A stretch of DNA of 63,233 nt, counting the filler, from Octopus bimaculoides (taxonomy: Eukaryota), in NCBI RefSeq assembly GCF_001194135.2. It is 5 parts of 5 records of this genome, joined end to end, with 100 filler letters (N's around TTAATTAATTAA, not from the genome) between each part and the next. Parts side by side here need not be neighbours in the genome. Positions count along the whole stretch, not along the records: positions 1 to 31,551 come from NC_068989.1; positions 31,652 to 43,218 come from NC_068990.1; 3 more parts are not named here. The stretch is one strand, 5' to 3'. Each line of letters starts with the position of its first letter. The first letter of the stretch is position 1. Shown one piece after another: positions 26,245 to 38,709 of this stretch. The position numbers and the translations under genes are program-made. The notes beneath the pieces are model-generated. The model was not told where the DNA came from and did not search any database. It worked only from the letters and a program-made list of their open reading frames with translations.

Positions 26245-26604
26245 TATTATTATTTTTATTAGCATTGTCTTTGCACAGCTTCTAACACTGGAGATGTACT
26301 ACAATATCTGCTGTTCACTACCAGTGAACTAAGGTAACACCTCTTATTTCTCGAGCACCTTCCGGAGTATTCGAGCGGTTCCAAGCAGTGCTGTTTTCTG
26401 CAAGTACTCCACCCTTATTGCAGTATCTATTTGTTCCACGTACTTCTCGAGATTTTTGCTCACTGTTGCCAGGGCTACGACAATTATTGTTACTACTGCG
26501 ACCTTTTTCATCGACTACAATTTCTTAAATTCTCAAGCTAACCTGTCATATATCTCGACTTTTCTTTCTTCCTTATCGCATACCTTTTTGTCAGCTTATT
26601 ACTA
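26245..26604 (-). mobile_element. 3' fragment of an R4/Dong-clade element with 3' UTR and TAA-rich tail
   Basis: VSKNLEKYVEQI...LQKTALLGTARILRKVLEK*; 3' UTR nearly identical to 55790-55866. Confidence 0.88.
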
Positions 26605-26880
26605 TTATCATCATCATCATCAAGTGGTGGATCTTGTACAATCGTTATTACGCCGGATAAAATGCTTAACGCCATTTCATACGTCTTCCTTCTGTGAGTT
26701 CAAGCTCTGCCAAGATCGACGGTACCTTTTATTCTCTCGGGATGAAAGGCAAACTAGCACCAGTACATACAATGTATACAAACAATTAAACAAGTACATG
26801 CACATCCGCATATACATGTTGGGGGAGAGACAAAACTCTCTCTTTCTACATATATATAAATACATGTGTACACATTTGTA

Positions 26881-26934
<54 letters not shown>

Positions 26935-27545
26935 TATACATGAATACAGCGTCCTAATTTACAGAATTGACTAGACAATGTGCTCTTATACAGGGTATTG
27001 CATGGAGACACAGGGTATGTTACAGAACATGTGTAGAACCGCGTCTCCCAGCTCCCATTAGTATCTCGTGTCTTTTTTAATGTGTACATTGAATTATACA
27101 TATATGTATATATATATATATACATATATGCCGACTGAAACTGCGCATGCGCCGTGAATTTGAAAAATTATAACGTATAACGAAGAGACACGTGTTAATC
27201 GTCTCTTAATCATATGTTAGTGTTATGGTGCGGTCACTGATGAAAAATTCGCCTAGTAAATTATTTTATTTGCTAAAAAAGTTTAAAAACCTAGGTCTGA
27301 CTAGAATTAAAATAACAAGGTAAAAGTTTTTATTTTTCATTCCTTTTGAAGATTGCTCTTAAATGTGTTTTTTGTCATTTTGACTACTACTTCTAGCGTG
27401 TAAAAATTGCCTGGTGAAGGCAGTTTTCTCTTGTGTTTAAATGTACACTATTTTATATTGAGAATATGCTGTCTATTGACTTTTTACACATGCTAGGCCA
27501 CTGGTAGTGAAATTTCTAAAAAACTCACTACTCTCTCTCTCTCTC

Positions 27546-27577
<32 letters not shown>

Positions 27578-28301
27578 CTCATACATACATGCACCAAGAG
27601 AGAGAGAGAGAGAGAGGAAGAGGAAAGATATTAAGTAAGGAAGATTTACAAATTGATATGCAGACCCACTTTATCTAAACGTGGAAAATGATATAATTTT
27701 TTTCTTCAGCTTTACCATTTACGAATTTAATTTCTTTAGGCATCTTCAAGAAAAGAAATCATGTGTGGNNNNNNNNNNNNNNNNNNNNNNNNNNNNNNNN
27801 NNNNNNNNNNNNNNNNNNNNNNNNNNNNNNNNNNNNNNNNNNNNNNNNNNNNNNNNNNNNNNNNNNNNNNNNNNNNNNNNNNNNNNNNNNNNNNNNNNNN
27901 NNNNNNNNNNNNNNNNNNNNNNNNNNNNNNNNNNNNNNNNNNNNNNNNNNNNNNNNNNNNNNNNNNNNNNNNNNNNNNNNNNNNNNNNNNNNNNNNNNNN
28001 NNNNNNNNNNNNNNNNNNNNNNNNNNNNNNNNNNNNNNNNNNNNNNNNNNNNNNNNNNNNNNNNNNNNNNNNNNNNNNNNNNNNNNNNNNNNNNNNNNNN
28101 NNNNNNNNNNNNNNNNNNNNNNNNNNNNNNNNNNNNNNNNNNNNNNNNNNNNNNNNNNNNNNNNNNNNNNNNNNNNNNNNNNNNNNNNNNNNNNNNNNNN
28201 NNNNNNNNNNNNNNNNNNNNNNNNNNNNNNNNNNNNNNNNNNNNNNNNNNNNNNNNNNNNNNNNNNNNNNNNNNNNNNNNNNNNNNNNNNNNNNNNNNNN
28301 N

Positions 28302-28339
<38 letters not shown>

Positions 28340-28982
28340 ATAATAATAATCTGACAACAAAAGAATAAAGGAGACCTCGATAGTATGTAAATAGATGAAT
28401 TTATCTATAAATATAATATGTGACAATTAGTTGGTTGTCATAATAAACTCAGTTTCGGACGCCGGGGCTGAAGTCTTAATAACGTATGGGATGCCGGAGC
28501 ATTTTCTTTATTTTGGTAAGCCTGGTACTTATTCTATCGTTCTCTTCTTGTCAAACCAGTAAGTTATAGGGATGTAAATAAAACAACATGAGTTGTCTAG
28601 CTGTTTTCCATCCCCATGTATGTACATTTGCAATATCTTATATAGATAGCTATAGAATTAAAGTCTATATGAATCCTAAGGACGCAGAAGACGCCTGGCT
28701 GTTAGAAATTACAGATAAAACCATCACTTAAACCACGAATTACACTGAAAAACACTACACAAAATCAGTGTTATTGGTGATCTAGGTGAGGGTTTTATCT
28801 CATCTAGCAGCTAGGCGCTTTTTGTACCCTTGTGATTGATATAGATTTTGTCTAGTTATCTAATGCTATTTTAGGCCTGCAACCACCTATATTATTGTTG
28901 CTGTTATTATCAACTATTTATATTACCACAGATAATAATATCAATAATAATATATATATAAATATTCACTACTGAATATTTA

Positions 28983-29025
<43 letters not shown>

Positions 29026-29261
29026 CCGTGACAGTTAGAGCACACTCAACATCCAAAGTCTATCTACCCATTACTACAGAACGCTGAAGAGATGGAGGTA
29101 GCATGCATGATATCGTGGCCTCTTGGCAGAAACGGCCGTAAGGGACTGATCTTTTAATCTTTTACTCTTTTATGTATTACTAGTACATATTTTGTGAAGC
29201 ACACATTCGTTACATGTGTATGTATTCTTATAATACTTCCGTATGTTTTAGNNNNNNNNNN

Positions 29262-29316
<55 letters not shown>

Positions 29317-29767
29317 TATATACATACATACTTAAAATATTTCGTGGAATATCTTCCGGCTATTTACCTTCTGATTTCAAATATCGCAGAGATCGGCTTT
29401 GCGTTTCATTCTTTCGAAGTCGATTAGATAATTCTTAATTGAACACTGGGAACAATAGAATTGATTCGACTTTGAATTATCCTCATAATTACTGACCTTG
29501 TCCGAAAACCTAGGAAGAAAGAATTATCTATGTTAAATAAATATTTTCACTTACGTTATATAACAAATAATTTGAATAAATTCTAATGTTTATTTGACTG
29601 AAGACATTTTCTAACTTTGAGAAATATTTCTGTTCGACGTCAATTGAATCAAAATTTTTCAATAGAGAAAATGAAATGTGGTAAAAAATATTTACTATTC
29701 TAAACCGACTTTGTATATCTCGACAGACTTGTCTGTGTGGTAAGAAGTAATATGTACATAAATATAG

Positions 29768-29812
<45 letters not shown>

Positions 29813-29819
29813 TTTCTGT

Positions 29820-30125
29820 GTGTCTTTGTGCGTGTATGTGTTTGTGTGTATGTCTGTGTTCATATTTACGTGTCTTTGTGTCCATTTTTTGTCCCCACCA
29901 CGGCTTGACATCCGATATTGGTGTGTTTACGTCCATATATTTTCAGCAGAAGAGACCGACGGGCTAAGTATCAGACTGACAAAAGAATTAAACAAAAAAT
30001 AATAATAACAATAATAAACGATTAAAATAAGTACTGGTGGTCGATTGTTTCGACTGAAATTCCTTCAGGACAATACCCCAGTATGGCCACAGTCTCATGA
30101 ATAAAACACGTAGAAGACAAAACGA
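29820..30125 (+). mobile_element. 3' portion of a tRNA-SINE (5880-6228 family)
   Basis: TTTGTCCCCACC...GCTTGAC...GGTGTGTTTACGTCC...CAGTATGGCCACAGTC. Confidence 0.7.
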
Positions 30126-31196
30126 ATAAAAGATAATCTTTTGTTATGACCTCATAATCCTCCGAGTCCTCTCATAAATAAGGGCACAGTTGTCATTTCT
30201 CTTGATATCTTCAATCCTTTAAATATCCATAAATCCAACATCAGATTTACAGATAACCTTGACTGCATTCAGTATAGCTCTGAGATATCTCACCGATTTT
30301 AAGATATATAAGTACTTCCTTCTACACACATTCACCGACACGCACATACATTCACTCACACAGCATGCTGTATTGATCTCAATAACTAACTGTACTCACA
30401 CGTAGCCCTTCCCAAGGATTAATATAGAACAACGCTGTTTCCATCATAGTTCTAAAAAATATAGGGTATCTATGTTTTTGTTTGACATTATCCGTAGAGA
30501 CTTTCCCTGAATGAAATATAAATTCTAGGCTAAGACAAGCAAAACCGCTTTCCTGACCGTCTACGGTAGCCAATCGATATACATACTTGATATTTAGATT
30601 TGCTATAACATTCGGGAGAGAGGCAACTGGAAAGGCCATCCCTCTTCATATAGCAGCCTAACGTTTTGATTTTAGCAATCTATACAATGTCACCAACCAA
30701 CATACAACAGTATGGTGTTTGTCGATTTCTAGATTATTAATAGAGATGTCAGTGATAGTTGTAAAGTTTCGTAAACTGAAATTTTAAAACACTGCTCTAT
30801 GATTACAAAGATGCGCATTATTACAAATGAGTGTCACCGAGTAACACTGTCACTGCCGCCAGCACTACCACTAGCACCACGGCCGCTATCACTATCAACA
30901 ACACCAAGTAAAATTCAGCACTGCCCTAATGCAAATGCACTCTCAGCAGTTTCACCTAGTCCCTTCGTCTCTCAAGACGTAAGGTTCATCTGTGCTATGT
31001 GCGTTGGTATCAATAAAATAGTTGCCAGTGCTTTGTTAGAGCCGGGAACACTTGCTGCTGTCGAAATGAAACAGGATACATATCTCCGAGATAAAGACTC
31101 AATGGTCAGATTTGAAATGCTGCTTTGGTCCATCATAGAGAGAAAATTACAATATGTATGTATATGCACGCGCACGCACACACACACACACACGCG

Positions 31197-31252
<56 letters not shown>

Positions 31253-31304
31253 TGTATATACATATATACATGTATATACATATATACATGTATATACATA
31301 CATG

Positions 31305-31505
31305 TAACGACATGTGGATTGTTGGCGATTTTTCCCCTCCGTCTTCCTTTCATCTTGCATTTTCCTCTATCTCCTCTTTCTGAAGGAGAGCTTTGTTCGA
31401 AACGTAAAACAAGCTTTCTTTCCTTCCCTAAGCGAATTTAATACTTTGCATGTACGACATCCTCACGTTGTTGTTTTTTTCTTGTATTTTTTTTTCGCAT
31501 TTTTC
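31305..31505 (+). mobile_element. ~200-bp repeat carrying a degenerate minimal hammerhead motif at 31376-31410
   Basis: Homologous to the reverse complement of 36165-36372; CTTT CTGAAGG A GAGC TTT GTTC GAAA CGT A AAAC (A9 changed to G). Confidence 0.75.
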
Positions 31506-31507
31506 GA

Positions 31508-31551
<44 letters not shown>

Positions 31552-31595
31552 NNNNNNNNNNNNNNNNNNNNNNNNNNNNNNNNNNNNNNNNNNNN

Positions 31596-31607
31596 TTAAT
31601 TAATTAA
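31596..31607. other. Assembly linker TTAATTAATTAA inside N gaps (also 43263-43274, 55972-55983, 62107-62118)
   Basis: Identical 12-mer embedded in similar-sized N runs four times; encodes stops in all six frames. Confidence 0.95.
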
Positions 31608-32076
31608 NNNNNNNNNNNNNNNNNNNNNNNNNNNNNNNNNNNNNNNNNNNNATGCATATTTTATGGATGTCGTGATATCTAACTGGTTTTCGCTATTCAA
31701 ATTAGCTTTTCAAGGGACATTGTGAAGTAATCATTTCTTGTGACAAAGGAGTCTTGCCATTTTGGATACTTGAAAAGTAAAAATGAGTCTACAGTGTGTA
31801 CAAAGGGAGGAAACAGGTGGCAACGGGTCAACTAACTCCTCAATATAATTGTTGAAATAGAAATGTGTAAGTATACGTAGTCAAGTTTGTATATCAACGT
31901 GTGGTCTGTACTTTTGTATGAACAGGTTTTCCTTGTTTAGGCGTTCTTATAAGTAGATTGAATCTTTGCATTTGTATAATGGAAAAATATGGAAATTCGG
32001 TGTTGTATTTCTTGCGCATCTGTCGATATGTTAGCTCACGCCTATATGCTTCTATTGAGGAAAACGGATCTGTTCT

Positions 32077-33248
32077 TTATACAGCGTAACTCTGCGTGTC
32101 AAAGTAAGGCTCTTTCGCACATGTCACTATACTCCATTTATTTTCCCGTTCTTTTTTAGTTACTTTTTCCTTCAGTCCTACTTGATTTTCCATGTTGGCT
32201 TCCCTTGTTGATGTTGTAATCGCCTGCTGTGTCTCTTCCTTTTTATTTTTCTTCCTTTTCTTTAACGGACTCTTTGGCGGTGAGTCCGCGCCTTCCTTCC
32301 TTTTCTTTTTTCTATTTACCACCGTATATTCCTCCTCCACCCTCTCCGAACACNNNNNNNNNNNNNNNNNNNNNNNNNNNNNNNNNNNNNNNNNNNNNNN
32401 NNNNNNNNNNNNNNNNNNNNNNNNNNNNNNNNNNNNNNNNNNNNNNNNNNNNNNNNNNNNNNNNNNNNNNNNNNNNNNNNNNNNNNNNNNNNNNNNNNNN
32501 NNNNNNNNNNNNNNNNNNNNNNNNNNNNNNNNNNNNNNNNNNNNNNNNNNNNNNNNNNNNNNNNNNNNNNNNNNNNNNNNNNNNNNNNNNNNNNNNNNNN
32601 NNNNNNNNNNNNNNNNNNNNNNNNNNNNNNNNNNNNNNNNNNNNNNNTCAAGGCCGTATCCCTAGCAGTTTGCCTCTTTCGTCCTTGTTATTTTTAAAAC
32701 TTTTGCGTCTTCCTCCATATTATACATAATCGCTGCTACCAGCCATGCCTCCTCAATCTCCGGGGATACTCTGCCAATCCTCTCCCTGGTCACTCGTTTG
32801 CCACAGTAAGTTGGCAGAAGTACTCACTCTGGTGTCCGTAGCGCCGCAGTGGAGTGTTTTATCGCTTCTTGTTCGCTAGCGAACCTTACCTCCACTGTGC
32901 CGTATCTTTTCCCTCTGGTGTAGAATGTTGAGAGGCATTTTACCTCCTTCAGACACTCTTCTATGGCTTCCACCGTAGCTATTTCTATTGTTTTCGTTGT
33001 CGTAGACAGCGTTCTGTATACCACTGTCCGCTTCATTACGCTCACTGTCAAATTTTCCGGCGGTGTCAACCTCAAACTGGTTCCATCATTTTCGATAAGT
33101 CAGTTGAACTCCTTCAACTTCTTTTGCTCTATTTTCACCTCTTGAACCTGTAGTACGCCTGCAGTTAAACTTCTTCCAGTGGCTGAAGCATAGCTGCTGG
33201 CTGAACTAGTTCGCTTTCCATCCGTCCCCTTTTCTTTACTTCACCCAT
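32077..33248 (-). mobile_element. Decayed LINE ORF1 (L1/Tx1-like, tentative), interrupted by gap 32354-32647
   Basis: Manual read-through MGESKEKG...SSYASATG...RGKRYGTVEVRFASEQEAIKH...VLLPTYCGKR...; few stops; basic low-complexity C-terminus. Confidence 0.5.
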
Positions 33249-33696
33249 AAATGGGGAAGAAAATTATAAAATCACAGCACAAAACAGCAACTAACAATTC
33301 AACAATGTGATTCAATAATTAGGTTTACCCTTACGGGAAACCTTTCTTGAGAAGCGAACATCATGAGACATGACTCATCATCAGGCAGGCCGCAGTACTA
33401 ATAATAATTCAAAGTAAGTTTTTATTTGGCATACCATTCGTTCAGGCGGACCGCAGTTTGTCAATGACAACAGACTGTGATAATTCAGCTTGTTTTCAAT
33501 GTTTAATAATTATGCTTATTCGGCTCCCTACCCTGCAATACTCGGTCTCCTAATATATTACGACCGCATTACACACCTTATTGAGACGCACTGAGATGGC
33601 AAATGCGGTACAAATTGTTTATAATTTGTAATATCGAAGTGAAACAATTAATCAATTTAAACTTGGATTAAAATATAAATCCCCAGCAAGCTAAAT

Positions 33697-33744
<48 letters not shown>

Positions 33745-33963
33745 ATGCTGCTACTGCTGCTGCTGCTGCTGCTACCGCTACTAGCTTTTTCCTGTTGTTT
33801 CCGATTCACTCACGCCACTTTTTGTTGTCTGTAAACAACCGTATTCAAATTATTTCTCTACCTCTAACTAATGAAGTCTTCACTTAAACGTTGATGTGTG
33901 ATTGATTGACAGTAACAAGTAGATAAATTAATGAGATGGTTCGCCTCTTAGAATATATGTATG

Positions 33964-34047
<84 letters not shown>

Positions 34048-35598
34048 GTATATGTATGTGTGTGTGTGTATATATATATATACATACGTGTATGTACTTT
34101 TGTAATATATGTGTGTGTGTGTGCTTGTGTGCGTATGTGTATATATGCAGGTCAATGAGGAATTGGCCCTATACATATGACAAATCGAATAAAAATACTT
34201 TGTTATTTACTCCAAGGTTGTCTTAGCCATTAGAGATCAATAAAATAAGTAGGCAACTAATGTTTTGGGGCTAATGTTACAACCGATTTACCTTTGAAAT
34301 CCGTTGCTTCGTTATTTTTGAACAGTATTATGGCACTCACCTATTCAGTCGGACTGTCAGTTGTGCCAGTTTTACCATATCTTGAAGGTGTTCCAGAATC
34401 GAAAAAAAAACAAAAAAAAACAGGTCAGCCTTTTTCAGAAGATGGAAAAGACATTATGAGTAAGAGGTGTGAAACGTTGTAACTAATCCTATACTTAAGG
34501 TTTACATATATACCTGTTAATAATAAACAAGTATCCATGTATATATGTATGTGTGTGTGTGTGTGTACATACATATACATATACACGCACACACACGCAC
34601 GCACACACACACACACACATACATAGAGGGTGTGTGTTTGTGCAAGTATAGTTTTACACCTAACATACATTTGAGCGCATGATTAATGGGTATGTATGCA
34701 TATCACTTCTGCACAAGAGAGAGAGAGAGAGAGAGCTCTCGGTGTTTGTGTGAGAGTATGCAGTTGCATGCGTGCGATTATATATTATAGTATTTGAGGG
34801 CGTACAGATTATTTGAAGAAGCAATTCGGTCCGCTCTTCGCAAAGGTAATAGTATCTGTTGGCGACTAATTAGAAAATAAATTGCTTTATCATTTTACAT
34901 TGATAGTGACTTCTAAAATATTTTAGTCCCAGATTTTATCTGTGTCTAGTGACAAACAGAGAATCTTGTCAAAAGAATTATTAATAGCATTTATTATCAA
35001 TAATCGGTAGAGTCGTTTTATGTTCTGGATTCCAACTTCACGAAGATCAGTTATGTCTTTGATTAATAGGAGTTCGATAACAGATCTTATAGATAATTAA
35101 TATTTCTAACGGCGTCATCTTCTGGTAGTTAAAGCGTCTTTTTATATTCTGCATCGCGTTCATACACACATAATTTTTCTCGTCTGGCCGTAAAGCCTTT
35201 TCTGTTTGTTTTCCTGTCTTGTTTTTTGTCCGCCACTACATTCCTCCATGGCTAGATTTAATTTGCGTATACAGATTTAATCTGCGATCCATGGGACGAG
35301 CCGTTTTAACGTTGCGTCCTGCCCGAAGCTCGTCGAAACGCCGGTGTTAAAACGTGGGTAGCTGATGAAGTAGAATGTTCTCTATGTGGCTCGTGTGTTC
35401 TCGTCTACGTNNNNNNNNNNNNNNNNNNNNNNNNNNNNNNNNNNNNNNNNNNNNNNNNNNNNNNNNNNNNNNNNNNNNNNNNNNNNNNNNNNNNNNNNNN
35501 NNNNNNNNNNNNNNNNNNNNNNNNNNNNNNNNNNNNNNNNNNNNNNNNNNNNNNNNNNNNNNNNNNNNNNNNNNNNNNNNNNNNNNNNNNNNNNNNNN

Positions 35599-35647
<49 letters not shown>

Positions 35648-35950
35648 TAATAATACATACATACACACACACATATATATATATATATATGTATATATAT
35701 TCATATATACATGTATATAGATAGATAAATAGGTATAGATATACACTTATATATATATATATATTTATATACATATATATACATATGTATTGTGTGTGTG
35801 ATGTGTGTGTGTGTGTGTGTTAGTGTGTGTGTAAAATATTGATTTGCATACCTATTTTTAAGGTATTCAGGCAAAATTAAACGAAAATAAGCTGGAAAAT
35901 TGAAATTGAACAAAGCCAATGGGTTGCTTAGGTTTAAAGGTCCTGGTGCT

Positions 35951-35991
35951 TCTGGCTGACGAGACACATGTCGAAACACCGGTGTCCCAGA
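35951..35991 (+). ncRNA. Canonical type-I hammerhead ribozyme; all conserved core nucleotides intact
   Basis: TCTGG CTGACGA GAC ACAT GTC GAA ACACCGGTGT C CCAGA: 5-bp stem I, 3-bp stem II with G10.1-C11.1, palindromic stem III, GUC site (cleavage predicted 3' of 35986). Confidence 0.9.
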
Positions 35992-36164
35992 GTCCCTTAC
36001 GGCAAAATATTCGTTCGTGTTATTATTAGTTCTTTCTCAGTATCTCTCCCCCCCTCTCTCTCTTTCTCTCTGCTCCTCCTCTCTCTTTCCCTATCTACTC
36101 ACAAACACACGTGTAGGATTTTTTTTGTCTATCTATCCATCTTACTAGCTATATTTATACAAAT

Positions 36165-36372
36165 AAAATAAAACGAAAACAAACACAAGAAAAAAACAAC
36201 AACGCGAGGATGTGGTACATGCAAAGAAAGTATTAGCAGGCGCTCACGGAAGGAAAGAAAGGTAGTTTTACGTTTCGAGGAAAAGCTCTTCGTCAGAAAC
36301 AGGAGACAGAGGAAAATCCAAGAGAAAAGAAAGACGGCGGAAGAAAATCGCCAACGATCCACATGTGGTTAC
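36165..36372 (-). mobile_element. ~200-bp repeat with a minimal hammerhead motif at 36265-36300
   Basis: Minus strand GTTT CTGACGA A GAG CTTTTC CTC GAA ACGT A AAAC; GUA site; homologous to 31305-31505. Confidence 0.8.
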
Positions 36373-36382
36373 ATTTTGTTAC

Positions 36383-36969
36383 ATTGTTATATTTCGGGAT
36401 AGATTTTCTTTCTTTTTTCTAAATAAACACGTACACTATATATTCGTTCTTCAATTGTTTATTACTGTTCTTATTTTATGTCCATTGTCTGGAAAGCTTT
36501 CGTCACACACTTGTGACTGCTTCGGGGGCTTTCTATCCCACGTATTTCCTCTTGTTCTGTTTAGTCGGTTCTATCTTTCTATGGTGTGTATCCCTCTCTG
36601 CGCATGCCTTTGCGTATGTGTGTGTGCGTGCGTATATGTATGCGCGTCTCTGTGTGTTTTGTATGTTTTGCGTGTGTAAATGGGCTTCCTTACTATATCA
36701 TTTCTATCCGTGCCCTTTATTTATTTATTTATTTACTTATCTATCTCTATTTTCCCCAATTTCATCTTAAGTATGTGTGTCTTTTGTGTGGGTTTACATA
36801 TTATGTTGTTTGTATCTGTTTGTAGCCATGTCTCACATCGTTTTCTCCTAATCATCTTTAGTCGTCATGTTGCGTAGTGTAGTGGTCGTGGAGATGTTAT
36901 TGTTTCACTCATGTTTTCTGTTGAAGCTTGGTCTGTCTGTTACTATTTGTGTTGCTTTTGTAATCTGCA
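36383..36969 (-). mobile_element. Inverted pseudo-LTR of the Penelope-like element at 36970-39160
   Basis: Reverse complement aligns by eye with 37951-38242 plus 38798-39160. Confidence 0.85.
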
Positions 36970-37977
36970 CCAAGAAGGTGCAGCCATTGGTGTTAGTATC
37001 GCTGGCGATGTAGGTAACTTATTTATGGCATGGTGGGATAGGAGACTCAAAGAAAGATTAGCAGAGAGCTTCATAACCCTAACCCTGTACTCCCACTGTG
37101 TGGATGATATCAACATAGTAGCTAAAGCACCCCGACAAGACAGTGTATATAAACTAGAAGCTAGCGTAATGGAGAGCATCCACCAAATAGCTAACTCCAT
37201 CCACCAAAGTATTAAAGTAACGGTAGAAGACCCTAGCAAACACCCTAACTTATAGGCTACCGGTCTTAGACACGAAACTCTGGCTGGAAAGTAAGAACAA
37301 TAAAGTCCAGATCCTTCATTCCCACTATGCCAACCCATAGCCTCTAAATACTTGTCTACAAGAACGCAGCTATTGCGGACAACACCAAGTTCATCAAGAC
37401 TTGGTGCGAGAGATGAGAAATGTGTCCTACACGTACGACCCAACGGGATTGGAAAAGCACATGCAATACTTCATCCACCGCATGCAAAAAATACCAGAAA
37501 TACCAGTGTCTTGTTCGTAGATGCTACCCTGGCGGCGAACTAACATATCTCTTTAGGAAAACATTAGATAAGGTAAATCTATGGATTAAAGTAGTTGAAA
37601 GACCAAGAACTCCCACTAAATCCCTGTTTTGTAGAACATATTCATTTGAAAGGCCCTCATGTACGGAGAACGACTGTATAGTATGTAGGATGAACCCACA
37701 GATTAACTGTAAGATTAAGAACGTGGTCTATAGCATACGGCATACTGAAGAACGGTCCAGACACAGAACAACAACTTATATTAATGAGACGGCACGTAGC
37801 ATAGGAGAGCGGATAGGTGGGTACTCGCGGGAGCTTAAAGAGGAGGAAAGCTCGCCACTGCTCTACCAACATACTCAATTAGAACATAGAGGTTCGGTTA
37901 ATAACATAGATGTTAATGTAGTATCAAAACATACAGCAGACACGAAATTAGACAGATTACAGAGGCCACACACATAG
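36970..37977 (+). mobile_element. 5'-truncated Penelope-like element: RT (motifs 4-7, thumb) plus GIY-YIG endonuclease, frameshifted
   Basis: QEGAAIGVSIAGDVGNLFMAWWD...(Y>C)VDDINIV; LPVLDTKLW; C-x4-C-x2-C linker (CTENDCIVC); KNVVYSI...YINETARSIGER. Confidence 0.9.
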
Positions 37978-38296
37978 TAACAGACAGACCGAGCCTCAAC
38001 AGAAAACACGAATGGAACAATAATACCCCACCACCACCACCACCACACTACGCAACATAACGACTAAACTCAGAATGGGAGGAAGAAAAAAATGAGACAC
38101 AGATACAAACAGCATAATACATAAATCCATATACACACATAAAAGACACACATACACATACTTGAGATGAAATGGGGAAAATGGAGATAAATAAGTAAAT
38201 AAGTAAATAAATAAATAAAGGGCACGATTACAAACAATATACATTATTTACATTATTTACATTTGACGGATATTTGTATTCATCTCGTTTGTTGTT

Positions 38297-38342
38297 AACA
38301 CAACGTTTCGGCTGATATACCCTCCAACCTTCATCAGGTGTC
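38297..38342 (-). ncRNA. Minimal type-I hammerhead motif in the SINE tail
   Basis: GACAC CTGATGA A GGTTG-loop-CAGCC GAA ACGT T GTGTT; stem I GACAC/GTGTT; GUU site. Confidence 0.65.
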
Positions 38343-38549
38343 TTGGGGAAATTTCGAACCTGGGTTCTCATTCCTAACTTATTTTTCGATGTTATTATTA
38401 TTATTAGTAGTAGTAGTATTCAGGTCACTGCTTGGAATCGAAGTCGGAACCACACCCCATATGCCCACGGGCATATGGCGTAGTGGTTAAGAGCGCGGGC
38501 TACTAACCCCAAGATTTCGACTTCGATCCCAAGCAGTAATCTGAATAAT

Positions 38550-38616
<67 letters not shown>

Positions 38617-38663
38617 TCGAAACATACCTTAGAAATGAGAACCCAGGTTCGAAATTTCCCCAA

Positions 38664-38709
38664 GACACCTGATGAAGGCTGGAGGGTGTATCAGCCGAAA
38701 CGTTGTTTT
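38664..38709 (+). ncRNA. Minimal type-I hammerhead motif in the SINE tail (one stem I mismatch)
   Basis: GACAC CTGATGA A GGCTG-loop-CAGCC GAA ACGT T GTTTT. Confidence 0.6.

Noticed and set aside
35295-35348. HHR-like half: GACGAGC/GCTCGTC stem followed by GAAACGCCGGTGTT
   Set aside because: No CUGANGA is correctly placed 5' of the stem, and the downstream CTGATGA does not close stems I/II; at most a disrupted relic.
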